Source of the DNA: Candidatus Asgardarchaeum abyssi | GTDB lineage: Archaea > Asgardarchaeota > Asgardarchaeia > Asgardarchaeales > Asgardarchaeaceae | Assembly (NCBI GenBank): GCA_040225955.1 | Contig: JBECUL010000003.1 | Location: 1-64,000, forward strand | DNA: 64,000 nt | Direction of reading: 5' to 3' | In this document: piece after piece, positions 29,440 to 38,972 of the stretch | How the letters are laid out: every line of letters begins with the position of its first letter | Position numbering within the stretch: position 1 is the stretch's first letter | The notes under the pieces: generated by a model | Database searches by the model: none | What the model was told of the DNA's origin: nothing | What the model saw: the letters and a program-made list of their open reading frames with translations, nothing else | Position numbers and translations under genes: made by a program

Positions 29440-30450
29440 CTACCTACCAAAAAGTTTGAGAGTAACACCCAGTTTCTTTTCCTTTGCATTCTTATAAATA
29501 ATATAACCAACTGCTACATCTTCACTACCCATTCCAATTGGAGCAAAAAATATACGCTCTTTTGGATTTTCTCTCCCTGGCTTTTTACCTATGACAATAT
29601 CTCCAAGATTCGCGTATATATCCTCATCTTTTATTAGCCCCTCTTTATACATTTTTGCTAATACCGGTGTACCTCTATGAAGCACGTGTTCCCATTCGTC
29701 AACTACTATTTTATCAGAGTGAAGAACCACCTCATACTCCTCTTCCTGATATGAACCAACATGAGAAAAGAAGCTTCCTTCTTTTACCCACTTATCCTTC
29801 ACTATTGGTTCATCAGCGACCGTTACTGTAATTATAATATCGGCTCCTACAACTGCATCTTTAGGTGTATCCACTGGTATTATTTTTAATCCAGTTTTTT
29901 CGCTCATCTCTTCGCTGTACTTAATGGAAGCCTCTTTTCGAATATCGTAAACTCTGACCTCTTTAAGATTTTTGAGAACCTCTAATAAAGCTAATAGTTG
30001 GGTTCTCGCTTGAACACCTGCTCCAATCATAGCAACTATTTCTGAATCGGGTCTTGCTAAATATTTTGCTCCAACCCCCGTTACTGCTCCGGTTCTCATA
30101 GCACTGATTAAAGTACAGTCCATAATCGCTAATGGAAAACCAGTTTCGGAATCGTTAAGTATCAAAAGACCGGTTGCTCTGGGCATCCCATATTTTATTG
30201 GGTTCTTTGGAAAACCTGCAATCCATTTTATTCCACAAACATTGAATTTGCCACCAACGTATGCTGGCATTGCATTTATCCTGCCTCTCCTTTTCTCGTC
30301 TAGATCTAAGACTACTTTAGATGGCACTATTACTTTATTCTCCGCGTGGAGTCTAAAGACTTCTTCAACTGTTTCTACAACAAGTTTCATAGTTAACCCT
30401 GATTCTTCAACTTCTTTTTGGGTCAAATAAATAAATTCGATATCTTTCAT
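29440..30450 (-). CDS. Ornithine cyclodeaminase/mu-crystallin family enzyme (SbnB-like)
   Basis: RINAMPAY, GIKWI..P.NP, ISAMRTGA, GAGVQA, IGMGSED. Confidence 0.88.
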   Translation of the reverse strand: MKDIEFIYLTQKEVEESGLTMKLVVETVEEVFRLHAENKVIVPSKVVLDLDEKRRGRINAMPAYVGGKFNVCGIKWIAGFPKNPIKYGMPRATGLLILNDSETGFPLAIMDCTLISAMRTGAVTGVGAKYLARPDSEIVAMIGAGVQARTQLLALLEVLKNLKEVRVYDIRKEASIKYSEEMSEKTGLKIIPVDTPKDAVVGADIIITVTVADEPIVKDKWVKEGSFFSHVGSYQEEEYEVVLHSDKIVVDEWEHVLHRGTPVLAKMYKEGLIKDEDIYANLGDIVIGKKPGRENPKERIFFAPIGMGSEDVAVGYIIYKNAKEKKLGVTLKLFGR

Positions 30451-31898
30451 GAATATCCCCTTCTTTTGACCTCTTTAATATAATTTTCTAACTCTTTTTC
30501 AACATCTTTTTCTAATGGCACTTCTGGTTCGTGCTCACTTATTATCTTTTTTACAACCTCATGGGCACGTTCTACAATATCTTTAGAGCCCATTTGCTCC
30601 CATCTTTCCCGTCTCAATCTATCTCCAAGCTTAGGTATGAAATGATCCTTTCTAACATGTTCAAGGGTGTGTCTTTGTGCCAGAAAATGACCTCCTGGTC
30701 CAACGTTTCTTATTATATCAAGCGCTAAAGTTTCTTCGTTAACTTCAATTCCTTTCATAGCATGATATATCATACCAATGATTTCGTTGTCTATTACTAA
30801 GCTTTCCAAGCTTATTGTAAGTGCCAATTCCATTGTTCCTGGGTAGAAAATCATATTAATTCCGCCCATGGCAGCCATAAGGCATGTTAAAGCTTTTTCA
30901 TAGCCTGCTTGCATATCTAATATCTTTGAATCCGTCGCACAAGCAGTTCCTCTACTTGGTAAACCGTAAAATCTTGCAAGTTGTGCTGATGCTACATTTA
31001 CGATCCCTATTTCAATAGCTCCTATTGAGATGTAACCAGTTCTCATGTCCATTACTGTTCCCACAGTTCCATAAAATACAGGAGTTCCTGGACTAACTAA
31101 TTGAGCTATAGTTATTGCTGCTAGTACTTCCGCATTTTGGATAACCAGCAATCCGGCTAATGTTGCTGGGGCAGTAGCTCCAGCCTGGGGCTCTGAAGCT
31201 ATATCAACAGGTTGTCTCATTTTTGCAAATTCTATGAGTCCTTCTAATTGATCTGCATGCAATTGTAGTGGAGATATTGTGTTACTTGTTGTAAAAATCA
31301 TAGGCTTCTTTCTAAGTTCCTCCTCCCCACCAGCAATTATAGAAGCCATTTTCAACATATCCTTAGCTCTTAATCGACCTCGGCATGTACCTTTAATTAC
31401 CTTATCAGAATTCTTTACACTTTGGAGATATCCATAAACATGAGCAAGGTAGTCTGGAACTCCCTCTATATGAGGCATAATTGCTCCACTGTGAAGCATA
31501 TGATAATTTTCCATTGCATCAGCAACCTTAATTAGATTTCCAACATCCTCTAAATTTGTTCTTCTAACGGTTTTTTTCTCATAATCATAAATGTTTAATC
31601 GACCGATCATGGGTTCATATACGACCTTTTTATCTTCTATCGTAACATTATGCTTCTTATTCCTCGCGTAGACAGTAAACCTACTAGGAGCTCTTTTTAC
31701 TTGTTCTTTAATTAGGTATTCTGGGAATTTTACAATTTTTGACTTATCATCAACATCCGCACCAGCTTTTTTCAGAATTTCTCTAGCTTCATCTAATTGC
31801 ACAAAGATTCCTATTGTTGATAAAACTTCAAGTGTTGCATAGTGAATTTGATAAATATCGTCCTTGGAGAGAATTTTGAGCTGCCCACCTCTAATCAT
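30447..31898 (-). CDS. MttB-superfamily methyltransferase, pyrrolysine-free
   Basis: SPLQ, GATAPATLAG, QNAEVLA, TDSK..DMQAGYEK, VGPGGHFL; Ala321 at the Pyl position. Confidence 0.92.
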   Translation of the reverse strand: MIRGGQLKILSKDDIYQIHYATLEVLSTIGIFVQLDEAREILKKAGADVDDKSKIVKFPEYLIKEQVKRAPSRFTVYARNKKHNVTIEDKKVVYEPMIGRLNIYDYEKKTVRRTNLEDVGNLIKVADAMENYHMLHSGAIMPHIEGVPDYLAHVYGYLQSVKNSDKVIKGTCRGRLRAKDMLKMASIIAGGEEELRKKPMIFTTSNTISPLQLHADQLEGLIEFAKMRQPVDIASEPQAGATAPATLAGLLVIQNAEVLAAITIAQLVSPGTPVFYGTVGTVMDMRTGYISIGAIEIGIVNVASAQLARFYGLPSRGTACATDSKILDMQAGYEKALTCLMAAMGGINMIFYPGTMELALTISLESLVIDNEIIGMIYHAMKGIEVNEETLALDIIRNVGPGGHFLAQRHTLEHVRKDHFIPKLGDRLRRERWEQMGSKDIVERAHEVVKKIISEHEPEVPLEKDVEKELENYIKEVKRRGYS

Positions 31899-32289
31899 AA
31901 TATTACCACCTTGTTCTTCATATAATTAATTCTCGGTATTGGTTATTAAAATTCTTAAGGAAATTAATTGTTTTTTCTGCTTTTATGACATAGTTGCTTT
32001 AAAAGTGTTTAATAATATTTAGAAAAAATGCTAAAGAATAAAAAAGTATTTAAAAAATAAAAATTTTTCACACATAAGTATTATAAATTCAATACAAAAG
32101 CAATCGCCCGTTGATATGATATCTTAGCAAATATAAAAAATTATAAAAGAAAAAGGATTGCTAAAACTAAGAGCTTCAAAAAATAAATCAAATATAAACA
32201 ATAATTGCCGAGTGTTGTCTATTATACCAAAAGTATTAAAAAAATGAAATAAAAGTATTAAAGCATAAAGTAAAAACAATAATAAGGCT

Positions 32290-33900
32290 GTGGAAATTGA
32301 ATTAATAATGTATGTGCAGGTGTGTTTTTTGCATTCTAAAAAATCAAAGATCTCTCATGCAGCTACATATAATATTTTTGAAATGAAAATGAAAAAGCCA
32401 ATAATAGCATCTAAGAAAGTTACTATAAAAATAGAGAAAAGTATTAAACCCAGTTCCCTCTTCGAAATACTAAGAAGATCGATCGCTCTTTCGACTTCAG
32501 AGCTTAGCTACAAGGCACTTAAAAAGATACATTCGCTTTTTGGAAAGAAGTCGTTTGATGTAATAGCGATAACTAGTTATAACGGAATACTTCTTGATCT
32601 CCTATCAGAAAATGGGCTTCCTGGAAAAAATATATATGTCTCTATTATATGGCTTGATTACTTTTCAATCCATGGTGCACTTATAAATATCCGTACAGGC
32701 GAATTGGTCTCAATTGTCGAGAGAGAGAATTTAATTTCCTCAGAAGCTCCAGATGTTTTTTCTCTTACAGCTCAGATCATAAAGGATAGAAGCAAAGCGG
32801 AAGTCTTCAATTCAACCCTAAAATCTTCAGTTAATAAATTAGTTAAAGAACTATGTAAGGTATCAAACATAAGTAAGGATGCGATTTATGGAATTTTTGT
32901 CATTGGGAATACTATTATGCATCATTTATTCTTGGGTCTCGATGTAACAAAACTCGGCGAACCACCATTCTTACCAATCATCCGAGATAGTCTAACAATT
33001 AAAGCTAAAGATCTAAATATAAACATCAACAAAAGTGGCCTAATTTTTATGCCTCCCCTTCTAATAGGACATATAGGGTCAGATACACTCTCATGCCTAG
33101 CTTTATTAATTAACAAATATAAGAACAAAACAGTACTCCTTTTAGATCTCCGAAGCACAGGTAGTGCAATACTGTATAAGAATGATCAGATCTTCATAAT
33201 GACTTTTCCAATAGGCGAAACCTTGGGCAGCTTTACATGGGAACAAGATGTAAGTGAAAGAGCCGAGGAGTATGGATTTGAGGAAGATATTGAACAAAAA
33301 CCGATTTCCATGAAAATACTGCAACTGATTCCAATCATAAATTACCTACTTAAAGAAAAAATGGTCCTTGCAAATGGGCGAATTAATAGACTGGCTATTT
33401 ATGAAAGTAGCAAAAGTTCCTCTATCCAGCTTATTGAAACAAAGAATAATATCTACCTAAAAATAAAAAAAGATGGGGATGTCCAATATATTTCCCAGCG
33501 CGATATCAGAAACTTTCAAGTCATAAAATCTCTAATCTACATATATACAATGAATTTATTGAAGAGAACAAACACAGCACCCGATGAAATAGACATCCTT
33601 TGTGTACTTGGGTATAATGTTCCAAAAAATGCCGATACTATTTTCTCGGGAGAAGTTCTTAAAAACTTGGGAATTCTTCCAATACGTAACCCAGAAAATA
33701 TAAAGATAATAGTTTCCTCTAAAATGCCTCTATTTGGAGGTGCTTTATGCGTTCTTGACGCTGATCTCTTAAAATTTGTTAATAAAGTAATCAAGAAAAT
33801 AAATTACATTAGTATAGAAGAAGATCAAGAATTCTTTTCTGAATTTATTAATGCTCTTTATTTCCCAAATAGAAAAAGTATTATGAATGATAATCTATAA
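32290..33900 (+). CDS. Degenerate ASKHA-domain corrinoid reductive activator (RamA/RACo-like)
   Basis: GNTIMHHLFLGLD...PPF, GHIGSD, ISQRDIRNFQVIK, F..ALYFP; nucleotide-binding and Fe-S motifs altered; start uncertain. Confidence 0.78.
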   Translation: MEIELIMYVQVCFLHSKKSKISHAATYNIFEMKMKKPIIASKKVTIKIEKSIKPSSLFEILRRSIALSTSELSYKALKKIHSLFGKKSFDVIAITSYNGILLDLLSENGLPGKNIYVSIIWLDYFSIHGALINIRTGELVSIVERENLISSEAPDVFSLTAQIIKDRSKAEVFNSTLKSSVNKLVKELCKVSNISKDAIYGIFVIGNTIMHHLFLGLDVTKLGEPPFLPIIRDSLTIKAKDLNININKSGLIFMPPLLIGHIGSDTLSCLALLINKYKNKTVLLLDLRSTGSAILYKNDQIFIMTFPIGETLGSFTWEQDVSERAEEYGFEEDIEQKPISMKILQLIPIINYLLKEKMVLANGRINRLAIYESSKSSSIQLIETKNNIYLKIKKDGDVQYISQRDIRNFQVIKSLIYIYTMNLLKRTNTAPDEIDILCVLGYNVPKNADTIFSGEVLKNLGILPIRNPENIKIIVSSKMPLFGGALCVLDADLLKFVNKVIKKINYISIEEDQEFFSEFINALYFPNRKSIMNDNL

Positions 33901-33990
33901 TAAATAATTAATAATATCTACATCAGCAAGCAGATTAAACTTAAATATCAAGAATAATAAGATGAAAAATAATGCCTACTGGTGTTTAAA

Positions 33991-35850
33991 ATGTATAAGA
34001 GCTATTATGGTAAAATTTTAAGGATAAATTTAACTGACCAAAAGATTTCCACTGAGAGCTTATCGAATGAACTTATAGAGAACTACGTTGGCGGGATGGG
34101 GTTCGGTATTAAAATCCTATTTGATGAAGTCGACCCTAGAATAGACCCACTAGGTGTCGAAAATAAAGTAATATTCTCCGTGGGTCCTATAACGGCTACA
34201 AAGGCTCCTATGTTTGCACAAACATGTGTTGTAACAAAATCACCTCTTACGAATACTATTTTGAATAGCTATGCTGGTGGTACCCTAGGTTATTATTTCC
34301 GAAAATCTGGATATGATGCTGTAATAATCGAAGGTAAGTCCGAAAAACCAGTTTTTATTAGCATATTCGATGATGAGGTTGATATTCGAGCAGCAGAGGA
34401 TATCTGGGGTAAAGGTTCTCAAGAAAGCCAAAAGATCATAAAAAAGAAGTTAGAAGGTTTAAAGGTTCAAACAGCTGTTATTGGGCAAGCTGGTGAAAAT
34501 CTCGTGAGACTTGCTAGTATAGTTACTGAATCAAGAACATTTGGAAGAGGTGGTGCTGGTGCAGTTCTTGGAAGTAAATTATTAAAAGGAATTGCAATTG
34601 GTGGGACTCAAAGTATTGAACTTTACGATGAGGAAAGCTTCAATAAATATTGTAATGAAGCATTTGAGTTAATCAAAAAAGAAATCTCAAATCCGCAAAC
34701 TCTTTTAGCTGGTTTTTCTAATATAGGAACTATGGCGGGAATCGACTTGCTCAACCAGATGGGGGCTATGGCAAGTAGAAACCACCAAACAGGTGTTTGG
34801 CATGGTATAAATGAGGTAAATTCAACGACGTTTAAAGAAAAATATCATGTTTCACATACGGCATGTTTTGGATGTCCTGTGCATTGTGGAAAAAAGAATC
34901 GGGTTAAGACAGGAAAATACGCTGGTTTGATTCAGGAGGGACCAGAGTACGAATCGATATACGCCTTAGGAACAGAATGTGATATTAGAGATCCAGAAGC
35001 ACTAATAGTAGCTGACTTTTTATGTGATGATTTTGGATTGGACACACTAACCACCGGAGTATTAATAGCCTATACTATGGAAGCCTATGAGAGAGGATTT
35101 ATTACGAAAGATCAACTAGATGGTCTTGATTTGCGCTTTGGCAATCATGAAGCCGAGTTAGAAATGATTAGAAAAATAGCATTTCGCGATGGTATTGGAA
35201 ATATTTTAGCGGATGGAATATTAAACGCAATTAAGCATTTCGGTGAGGAAACAAGGTCTTTTGCTATGCATGTTAAGGGACTAACTTTTGCAGCTTGGAT
35301 GCCTAGAGTCCTAAAAGGTATGGCTCTAGCATTCGCAACGGCTAACAGGGGTGCTTGTCATAAGAGAGCTATAATCGGTATGGAAGTTATGGGGATTGTA
35401 GAACCACAAGCAACAAAAGGAAAAGGAAAACTAATTAAAGAGATTCAGGATAAGGTTAATGCTATATTTACATTAATAGGTTGTCGTTTCAGCGAATTCG
35501 TGTATCCTGTGGATCTCTATGTTAATCTTCTGAACTCTGCAACTGGTCTGAATTATACTAATGAGAAATTTATGAAACTTGGTGAACGAATATGGAACCT
35601 TGAAAGAGTATTTAACGTTATTAATGGATTCACAAGAAAGGATGATACTCTCCCAGAGCGGTGCTTTGAGCCATTGCCAGAAGGACCAAGTAAGGGATAT
35701 AAACTTACAAGAGAAGAATTTAACGAAATGCTGGACGAATATTATGCCGAGCGAGGATGGAGCAAGGAAGGGATTCCTACAAGGGAGAGACTTAAAGAAT
35801 TAGGAATAACTTATGCATATGATAAAATGAAGAAATTCGCATCTGGATAA
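33991..35850 (+). CDS. aor: Tungsten aldehyde:ferredoxin oxidoreductase family protein
   Basis: KSPLT, GRGGAGAVLGSK, CFGCPVHC, GPEYE, RGACH; ATG at 33991 follows GGTG. Confidence 0.92.
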   Translation: MYKSYYGKILRINLTDQKISTESLSNELIENYVGGMGFGIKILFDEVDPRIDPLGVENKVIFSVGPITATKAPMFAQTCVVTKSPLTNTILNSYAGGTLGYYFRKSGYDAVIIEGKSEKPVFISIFDDEVDIRAAEDIWGKGSQESQKIIKKKLEGLKVQTAVIGQAGENLVRLASIVTESRTFGRGGAGAVLGSKLLKGIAIGGTQSIELYDEESFNKYCNEAFELIKKEISNPQTLLAGFSNIGTMAGIDLLNQMGAMASRNHQTGVWHGINEVNSTTFKEKYHVSHTACFGCPVHCGKKNRVKTGKYAGLIQEGPEYESIYALGTECDIRDPEALIVADFLCDDFGLDTLTTGVLIAYTMEAYERGFITKDQLDGLDLRFGNHEAELEMIRKIAFRDGIGNILADGILNAIKHFGEETRSFAMHVKGLTFAAWMPRVLKGMALAFATANRGACHKRAIIGMEVMGIVEPQATKGKGKLIKEIQDKVNAIFTLIGCRFSEFVYPVDLYVNLLNSATGLNYTNEKFMKLGERIWNLERVFNVINGFTRKDDTLPERCFEPLPEGPSKGYKLTREEFNEMLDEYYAERGWSKEGIPTRERLKELGITYAYDKMKKFASG

Positions 35851-35853
35851 ACA

Positions 35854-37011
35854 TTATGAGATCACAATGGCATCATAGACTTCTATTATTTTCTTAATAA
35901 TAACTTTCCAATCATATTTTTTCTTTGCATCTTGCAGACCGTTCTTTCCAAGTTGTTTTCTAAGTTTGTCATCTATTGCTAAGTGATACATAGCAGTTGC
36001 TAATGAATAAGGATTTGATGGATCTACTAAGATACCGTTTCTTCCATGTTCTATAATCTCGGATAGTCCACCAACCCTAGTACCTATAACTGGGGTTGCT
36101 GTTGCAAAGCCTTCCAATGTAACTATTCCAAAAGCCTCGGCATCTATAGAAGGTACAACTAAAACGTCAGATGCGACTAAATATTTCTTTTTCTCATCAT
36201 CATTTAACTTCCCTAAATAATTAACTTTGTTTTTAAGACCATTTTGTGATATTATCTGCAATAACCAATATTTTAGATATCCATCACCGATTATAAATAA
36301 GCGTACATTTGGTAGTTCCTTTAAAAGAATTTTAAAGCCCTCAATCAATATATGCAATCCCTTTCTGAGAACAAGTCTTCCTACGAAGAGAAAATTTATT
36401 TCATCGTGGTTGAGATTTAACTCTTCCCTAAATAACTCCTTTCTTTTAATAAATGGATAATATTCCTTTGTATCTATACCGTTAGGAATAACAGTAATTT
36501 TTTCTTCTTCATCATAAAGAAGTAACATAAAATCCTTGACTGCATTGCTGACTGCAATAATCTTATTTACGTGGGTATAATATTCCTTTATCGGTTTCAT
36601 AAATTTTGATGCGATGCTCCATAATTTTTTGTTTGTGTAACCATAAGATAGCGAATGAGCTGTTAGTACCGAAGGTATTTTCAATTTGCTTGCTATCTCA
36701 ATTGAAAAAAGAGAAGTTGGAGTAAATGCATGATGTGCATGAATTAAATCAAAAGAGTTAATTCTAAGAATGTCATTCAAAAGGGAGTAATATCTCCTTA
36801 GTGCCATTATATTTATAGTTGGAATATGTATACATCCCAATCTAATTACTTTAAAGTTAAATTGATTATCGTTAAAATCTTCCCTTTCTCTAGAGGTAAT
36901 TATTGTGACATCGAAACCAACATTAGAAAGCGTTTTAGCAAATCCCTCTATGTGTTTCTCAATCCCTCCTATGCTGGGATAAAAGAAGTCACTTGTTATA
37001 GCGATTTTAAT
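35854..37011 (-). CDS. GT4 glycosyltransferase, PigA-like; probable ATT start
   Basis: Frame is open upstream of the tracked TTG (36840) and encodes IKIAITSDFFYPSIGGIEKH; FVGRL...KG; EAFGIVTLE. Confidence 0.88.
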   Translation of the reverse strand: MKIAITSDFFYPSIGGIEKHIEGFAKTLSNVGFDVTIITSREREDFNDNQFNFKVIRLGCIHIPTINIMALRRYYSLLNDILRINSFDLIHAHHAFTPTSLFSIEIASKLKIPSVLTAHSLSYGYTNKKLWSIASKFMKPIKEYYTHVNKIIAVSNAVKDFMLLLYDEEEKITVIPNGIDTKEYYPFIKRKELFREELNLNHDEINFLFVGRLVLRKGLHILIEGFKILLKELPNVRLFIIGDGYLKYWLLQIISQNGLKNKVNYLGKLNDDEKKKYLVASDVLVVPSIDAEAFGIVTLEGFATATPVIGTRVGGLSEIIEHGRNGILVDPSNPYSLATAMYHLAIDDKLRKQLGKNGLQDAKKKYDWKVIIKKIIEVYDAIVIS

Positions 37012-37138
37012 CTCACTATCCCTCCTGTAACACTTTAACTACATTGTAAATTGATAAAAATTAATTTTAATGTTACTATTCTCGAGGTATTACTTAATAG
37101 TTATAATTTTATTGTATTAGCGGTTAAATCCCTTTATA

Positions 37139-38752
37139 TCACGGTGTTATATCATTTTCAATTTTAACATCATTTAAATAAATTATCGGCTTTTGAGAAA
37201 AATTACCTATAAATAAAGTGAAGCTTTCGCTTTTAATTGCTAGAAACTCACTAAATTTTATATTTTTAACATCATTATTAAGAATCTCTATGTCTTTCAT
37301 GAATGGATTAAGCCCTAAGATAAATTCCTCATAATCAGAAATTCCATCTTTATCAGTATCATTTGAAAATGGGTCTGTACCTATTTCTAACTCCCAGACA
37401 TCAGTCAGACCATCTTTGTCTTTATCAGTAAAGTTTCCGGTATTCTGTAAATCAAAGCGATAGCCTATTGAATTCCAGATGAAGTTATTGCTTATGACTC
37501 TATGAACAGAGAGACAGTAAACATATCCCTCCCAATCCGCAATTATAATGTTAGTCGTGTTATTGTCTTTATCCAAGTTTGTAACAATTGGTGAAGAAAC
37601 CAATGCTGCAAAATGTTTGCTTCCTATAAGATCTACTAATGTGCGGTTCATCTTAAGGAGATAAATAAATCCATCACATGAAGGGATTATAATATCTATA
37701 AGGCCATCACCATCAATATCGGAAACTGCTGGTGTTGAAACGATCATATGTCTTGTCTTATAGCTCCATAAGATTTCCCCATTCCTATTTAAAACATAAA
37801 ATATTCCATCTAGCGATGCTGTAAGAATCTCTGGTAATCCATCATTTTGTATGTCTATTACAATAGGAGATGCACTTATTTTCTCACCCGTCTCAAATTT
37901 CCATAATAAACTTCCATTCCCAGAAAGTACATATAGAAACTTATCCCACGAGCCGAAAATTATGTCTTTTAACCCATCATTGTCTATATCGTATATAAAT
38001 GGGGATGATATAATACCACCACCAGTTTTATACTTCCAAATAAGACTCCCATTGGCAGCTAAAACATAAAGGTAACCAATTCTCGAGCCGAAAATTATTT
38101 CATAATCACTATCATTATTCAAATCTGCTATTACCACAGGTGCGAAATTGTCTCCTCCAGTTTCAAATTTCCACTCTTGGCTACCATTTGAATTTATGGC
38201 ATAAACATAACCGTCATTAGCCCCAAAAATTATCTCGTACTTTCCATCATGATCTACGTCTCCAATAGAAGGAGTAGATTGTATAGCCTCAGACACTTCA
38301 AAATTTGTTATTAGACTACCATTGTTCGATAAAATGTAAAGAGTACCCTTCTCTGAACCCACTACAATTTCTACCTTTTCATCGCCGTTAATATCATATA
38401 TAACTGGGGATGCCACAATACTTTCATTTGTCTTGTAACTCCATATGATAGTTCCGTTCCAAGAAATACAAGCTATGGTTCCATTGTCAGTCCCCAAAAT
38501 TATTTCCCTAAGTGAATCATTGTTTAAATCGTAAATGGCTGGCGAAGTCCTAATTCGTGCTGATAAAGAAATAGTCCAATCAATTTTTAGTAGATTCCTT
38601 GGTTCGGTAGGGTATATATTTGTCCATATAGGAAGTGGCATCATAAAAGGGAGTATCGTGAATAGAATGCACCAGAGGATTAATGTTTTGTAAAGAACAT
38701 TCTCTATTTTTTCCTTCAAGGTGAGCACCGTCTTAAGAATATTATGTTGCAA
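37139..38752 (-). CDS. Secreted/membrane-anchored FG-GAP/VCBS beta-propeller with Ca-binding TSP3-like repeats
   Basis: N-terminal hydrophobic segment; ~7-8 repeats of SP.I.D.N.DG..EI..G; DKDKDGLTD and DTDKDGISDYEE. Confidence 0.85.
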   Translation of the reverse strand: MQHNILKTVLTLKEKIENVLYKTLILWCILFTILPFMMPLPIWTNIYPTEPRNLLKIDWTISLSARIRTSPAIYDLNNDSLREIILGTDNGTIACISWNGTIIWSYKTNESIVASPVIYDINGDEKVEIVVGSEKGTLYILSNNGSLITNFEVSEAIQSTPSIGDVDHDGKYEIIFGANDGYVYAINSNGSQEWKFETGGDNFAPVVIADLNNDSDYEIIFGSRIGYLYVLAANGSLIWKYKTGGGIISSPFIYDIDNDGLKDIIFGSWDKFLYVLSGNGSLLWKFETGEKISASPIVIDIQNDGLPEILTASLDGIFYVLNRNGEILWSYKTRHMIVSTPAVSDIDGDGLIDIIIPSCDGFIYLLKMNRTLVDLIGSKHFAALVSSPIVTNLDKDNNTTNIIIADWEGYVYCLSVHRVISNNFIWNSIGYRFDLQNTGNFTDKDKDGLTDVWELEIGTDPFSNDTDKDGISDYEEFILGLNPFMKDIEILNNDVKNIKFSEFLAIKSESFTLFIGNFSQKPIIYLNDVKIENDITP

Positions 38753-38972
38753 TTAATTTTTATATTTGTTTCATAACTATAATAATTAACTTTTCATTTC
38801 AAAAAATAATAAATCGTTTATTAATGACATAAAATATATTAATATATATATTATAAAATCAGTAGGTATTATTAGCTATATCTGTAGCTAGTGATACTTC
38901 TTTTAATTAAGATAACTAGGTATTTAAGGAGGCTAACTTGTTATTAGTAGTAATATTAAAATTATTATTGTA

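Noticed and set aside
22960-31898. Pyrrolysine (TAG) readthrough in the mtmB and mttB genes
   Set aside because: All three ORFs are full length with sense codons (Val, Val, Ala) at the Pyl position; no pyl genes in the window
13397-33900. Methanogenesis
   Set aside because: No mcr, mtr, mtaA or hdrA/C here; HdrB and methyltransferases alone do not establish it
17499-35850. Selenocysteine recoding in the hydrogenase, HdrB or AOR genes
   Set aside because: No in-frame TGA interruptions; the cysteine motifs are complete
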